From the NCBI RefSeq assembly GCF_021028975.2, contig NC_059436.1, positions 31,372,001 to 31,436,000 on the forward strand: a stretch of DNA of 64,000 nt. Direction: 5' to 3'. This stretch comes from Sphaerodactylus townsendi. Taxonomy: Eukaryota. The stretch's first letter is position 1; each line of letters opens with the position of its first letter. Position numbers and translations under genes: made by a program. The notes below the pieces were generated by a model. It saw only the letters and a list, made by a program, of their open reading frames with translations, was not told the origin of the DNA and did no database searches. Shown here in pieces: positions 60,111 through 64,000 of the stretch.

Positions 60111-62201
60111 TGTGAACAGACTCTCTCTTCTTGTCCCCCTCCCTTCCCAAGGTGTAAAATCAGGCTGTTGGGTAAAAGCCAAGCCTATCAGATGAGGGGG
60201 CAGGCCTATTGCTAGCTTTTGACAAAACCAAGCATAACATAGCTCTGAGTTTAAAGTGGCAGGGAGGGAAGAAAAGAGCCTGTCCTCTTCCTTTCCACCC
60301 TATTCAACTCCAGGCTGCTCCAGTGCTTGCAGTATTTCAGCAGAGCACAAGGCGGAACTCTCACATGCCCAAAGGCTACCAGGGTCACTATCAACACACA
60401 GCTCTTGAAAGGGGGGCAGGAAAACAAGCAATTGGAATGTCCGGCAGGTGGAAGAGCAGAGGGTGCTCAGTCAAAGGAAGGAGGGAGATTAGCAAGATCA
60501 AAGAAGGTTGCCTGTGGATTTATGTCTCCCACTGCACAGAATTTGGCCTTTTCAAGCATCACCTTGGAAAGCTTTAGCTCCCGCTTTTCTTACCGTAACT
60601 TGCCATAGTCTCACTAGTAGCTTCTGTCTTTTCAAGGGCTGTGACTCCATTCTGAGGCCTGGGTTCTCCCTGTCTTCCCACCAACCTCCTAGCAGCTGCC
60701 TATTCAGGAGAATGAGATGCATGCACTGCCGAACAAGCCATCTTTGCTGAGTCTCCCGAAGAAAGCTAAATGCATGCTTTCCCTGAGAAGGGAGAGGAAA
60801 AGTCACACTTCCAGAGTTTTTGGAAACTGTGGGGATTCTCTGATCTGAAGTGCGGGGTGACTGCCAAAGAGGAGAAAACGCGTGTAACCAAGAACTGAAC
60901 CCAAAGGGAATGTATGCTAATGCGAAGGCCAGTACAAGTGCGTAAATGGCCAAAATCTGCTCAGTTTCCCAGGAAAGCATTGTCTTGCATTGTTCATTTA
61001 GAGTCATACAGCTAAAAGTACATTGTCTCCCTTCCCCACCAGACTAAACGGTGTCCTAGCTTCTCCCACCCTGCATAGATCTTGTGTGAAGTTCAACAGA
61101 TTGTGCTGTGATTTTTCCAGGTGCAACTCATTAGCCACTGTTGGCAGCAAAATATTGGACCAGGAAGACTTAGGAAAGGAGAGACATATCCTTTGAAGAA
61201 GATGGCTATCAATGGATATCAAAATAAATTGCCAGGAATAGTTCCGACAAACAAAAGGCACACTCTCCCAGGAAATTCTCCTGTGCACTTCTCACTGAAG
61301 TGAAAGGGAGTTCTAAAACAGCATCCCACACTATACCCATCTATTTCAACTGTGCTTGTATGGAAGACCTTCCCAGGGGCTCTTGTCCAAAGCCTTTTCC
61401 TCCACCAGCTCAGTCTACTCTTTGCATTGTGAACTGCCGTATTCTTTTTGAGAATCCATGTTTTGATTCACTGTGCTTAAATGCACTTGAAGGTGTGTGT
61501 GTGTGTGTGTATCTGTGTCTGTGTTTTCTGCTGTATCCCTTCACCTAGGTTCAAAGGCTATTATTACCAGGTAAGAGAAGGGAAGAATTAAAGGCATGCA
61601 TCATTTGATTTTAATTGAAGGAATGTTCTATTCCATTGAACTGCTAACTAAGCTGAACAGGAGATTGTGTTTACATAAGCAAACCCTGAACCGATATAGA
61701 CTTGCTGTCACATTAAGTCAATACTTATGAAAGTTTGCTATTTAATTATTCAGCAAGGATTGACTTATTATTGTGTTAAGATTGTGGTTAGCCTTGAGCA
61801 AGGCAGCTGAAGAACTGAAAAGATTTCTTTCAACTTGATTTCTTTCAACTCCAAATGGTCGTGCGTTTTCTGTGAGGTCTCTTGCCTTCCCACCCCTGGG
61901 CTAGTTTGGTTCAGGCACTTCTCTGAGGATGGAAAGTGGGAATGGCTGGGTATGGAGACCAGGAGGCATCATTTCGGGCTGCCCAATTCTCGTATCTCCC
62001 ATATCTGTTCTTCCCTTCACATCACTGCCATATCCTACCCAATGTAAAGATAGCTGAGGTCAGCATATGGGCTTCCTCAGCCCTCTAATCCCAATCACCA
62101 CTCTTGTTAGTGACTGACTTGTGAACAGCAGATGCCTTGGATAATAAACAATAGGTATCCAAAGGTGACTGGAAAGGAGAAAGGAAGACACAGGTTATTT
62201 T

Positions 62202-62355
62202 TAAGAACATAAGAACTAGCCTGCTGGATCAGACCAGAGTCCATCTAGTCCAGCACTCTGCTACTCGCAGTGGCCCACCAGGTGCCTTTGGGAGCTCACG
62301 TGCAGGATGTGAAAGCAATGGCCTTCTGCTGCTGCTGCTCCTGAGCACCTGGTCT
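62202..62355 (-). mobile_element. CR1 3'UTR fragment
   Basis: Near-identical to 54012-54165. Confidence 0.9.
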
Positions 62356-64000
62356 TGACCTGGTTTCTCAAATTTTGTCGCTTCAGAGAATATTGCCAGG
62401 ATAAACATGTCTATCACTGTAATGCTGAGAGGCAGGCAAAAAAATAGAGAAGACTAACTACATTTACTAAGTAAAAAAATCAATTATAACCATTAGTAGA
62501 GCAATGCAATAACCACAAACTAATCATTATTGCACAGGAGTTCCTGGATCCAAGCTTAAAATGTCACCTCTCCCTGCTTGATACCTAATGTAGAAGCTTT
62601 AGTAACTGCTCAGTATTTCACAGAAGTGCCTAGAAACTGTCCTAGACTAGGAGTCCACAGTGGTATAGTGCCAGTGGGATTGGGTGGGGCGCAATGCCTC
62701 AAGTGGAGCAGCGTGGTGGGGCAATCTGGGGGCGTTCTGGGGTGTGGACAGACGGTGCTGTGGCAGGGGCGCAGGGTGCGCGCACACTCCGGGAGCAGTT
62801 TCCCCTTGCTTTGCCTCTGGGAGTCCATGATCTTAGCAGGGTGCTCCCTTACTTTGTCCAGAAGCTGCATCTCCAGTCTTCTGTGTTGTCAATAAGATGC
62901 CAGGATTCTCTCTCTTGCACTTACTCCTCATAACAAAACCTACGAGATAAGTTTGCATGATTCTTAGGCCAGCGACAATCCATCAGCCCATAGCCAACTT
63001 GGATCTGAACCCAAGTCCCCTTTGTCCTAGTCTACTGCTATACAACATTCAAAGCTTTTAAACTTTGCCCTCAAAAACCATTACTTGACTCCTCCTTTCC
63101 CCTTTCCAGTCATTCCACTCCCTTCCTTCCCTCTCTTTGTACCTCCCACAGCTATATGGAGTCTTATTGGTTGTTAGGCCTCTGTCTGAGATCCCCAGGG
63201 CTACTGCCAATTGTGATTACTTGGATATATTTCAGGGGAAGACTGGCCATTATAGTTATCAGGAAACATCCCGCCAGGTTGATAGCCTGAGAGTAATGTT
63301 ACCAACAAGCCTGGAGCCAAATGTCCTGTGACTTTAATATAAGCTTAATATGTAGAAATGGGCAGGCTGAAACTTTCCATGGCATGGAGGTTAACACCAT
63401 CACCTGATAATTAACACCCCACTAAGCCTCTACTAAAAGGGCAGGACATTTTTTTCTCCAGACAGTTGGCAACCCTACCTGGGAACCACTTCATCCAAGC
63501 CGCCCCCTCCAGTCAAGAGACTAGGCCAAGCACAAGCCATTTGCACAGCAGCACCTGCTTGGCTGCAACATCACGAGGCAAGTTGCCCAGGCTGGGCAGA
63601 TAAAAGTGGTAAAAGTGGTTAAGCAAGTTGCTGCAGCCCAACTGGGCACCACACCTGACTAGCCTGGGCTGGGCCTTGCGCCATGAGGGGGGGCAGGGCA
63701 GGCAGCCAATGTCTCTTTCCCAGGTCACTTTGCCCCCTCAATCCATCCCTGATTAATTTACACAGATTTCATGTTAGGAAGCAGACAAGGCACTTGGTAT
63801 GCAAGCTTGAATGAACAGTTGCCCTCTTGGTTTTAGTCCATCATGCCCGGCAACTTTGAGATGACTTAAACTGGCAAATACTACCAGCCTGATTGTGCAT
63901 GCTGCTCCTGTGGGAGGTAATTCTTCCACACTTCCAAAATAAGCAGTCTTGCCTTCACTTCTTTCTTTTTTAAAAAAAAAAAGCCATCATTAGACACAGC

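Noticed and set aside
51700-64000. Upstream GFRA2 exons (domain 2, e.g. NHCLDAAKACN)
   Set aside because: Not found in any listed frame; they presumably lie beyond the window in a large intron.

Overview
This is vertebrate genomic DNA, almost certainly squamate. The SINE/MITE/CR1/RTE/Penelope repeat complement is gecko-like (inference). The only protein-coding gene I can support is the 3' half of GFRA2 (GDNF family receptor alpha-2, neurturin co-receptor) on the minus strand. Five coding exons lie at 51587-51696, 47838-47978, 43900-44072, 36811-36864 and 31198-31326, with canonical GT-AG sites and consistent phases, followed by a ~1.4 kb 3'UTR containing an assembly gap. The 5' exons lie beyond the right edge. 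Positions 1-29.8 kb are intergenic and repeat-rich. No prokaryote-type system is present. The most unusual observations are: (i) a 1.67-kb foldback insertion (4540-6213) with ~550-bp inverted arms, a perfect 14-bp target duplication and lopsided CpG retention; (ii) three short segments copied from 0.25-1 kb downstream into repeat insertions; (iii) Penelope-like inverted pLTR pairs carrying decayed minimal hammerhead ribozyme cores inside GFRA2 introns; (iv) a structurally complete non-autonomous Helitron just downstream of a GFRA2 exon; (v) a Trp-to-Ser change in the GFRalpha domain-3 'SPWC' motif. Repeat family names come from recognition, not from a database search.
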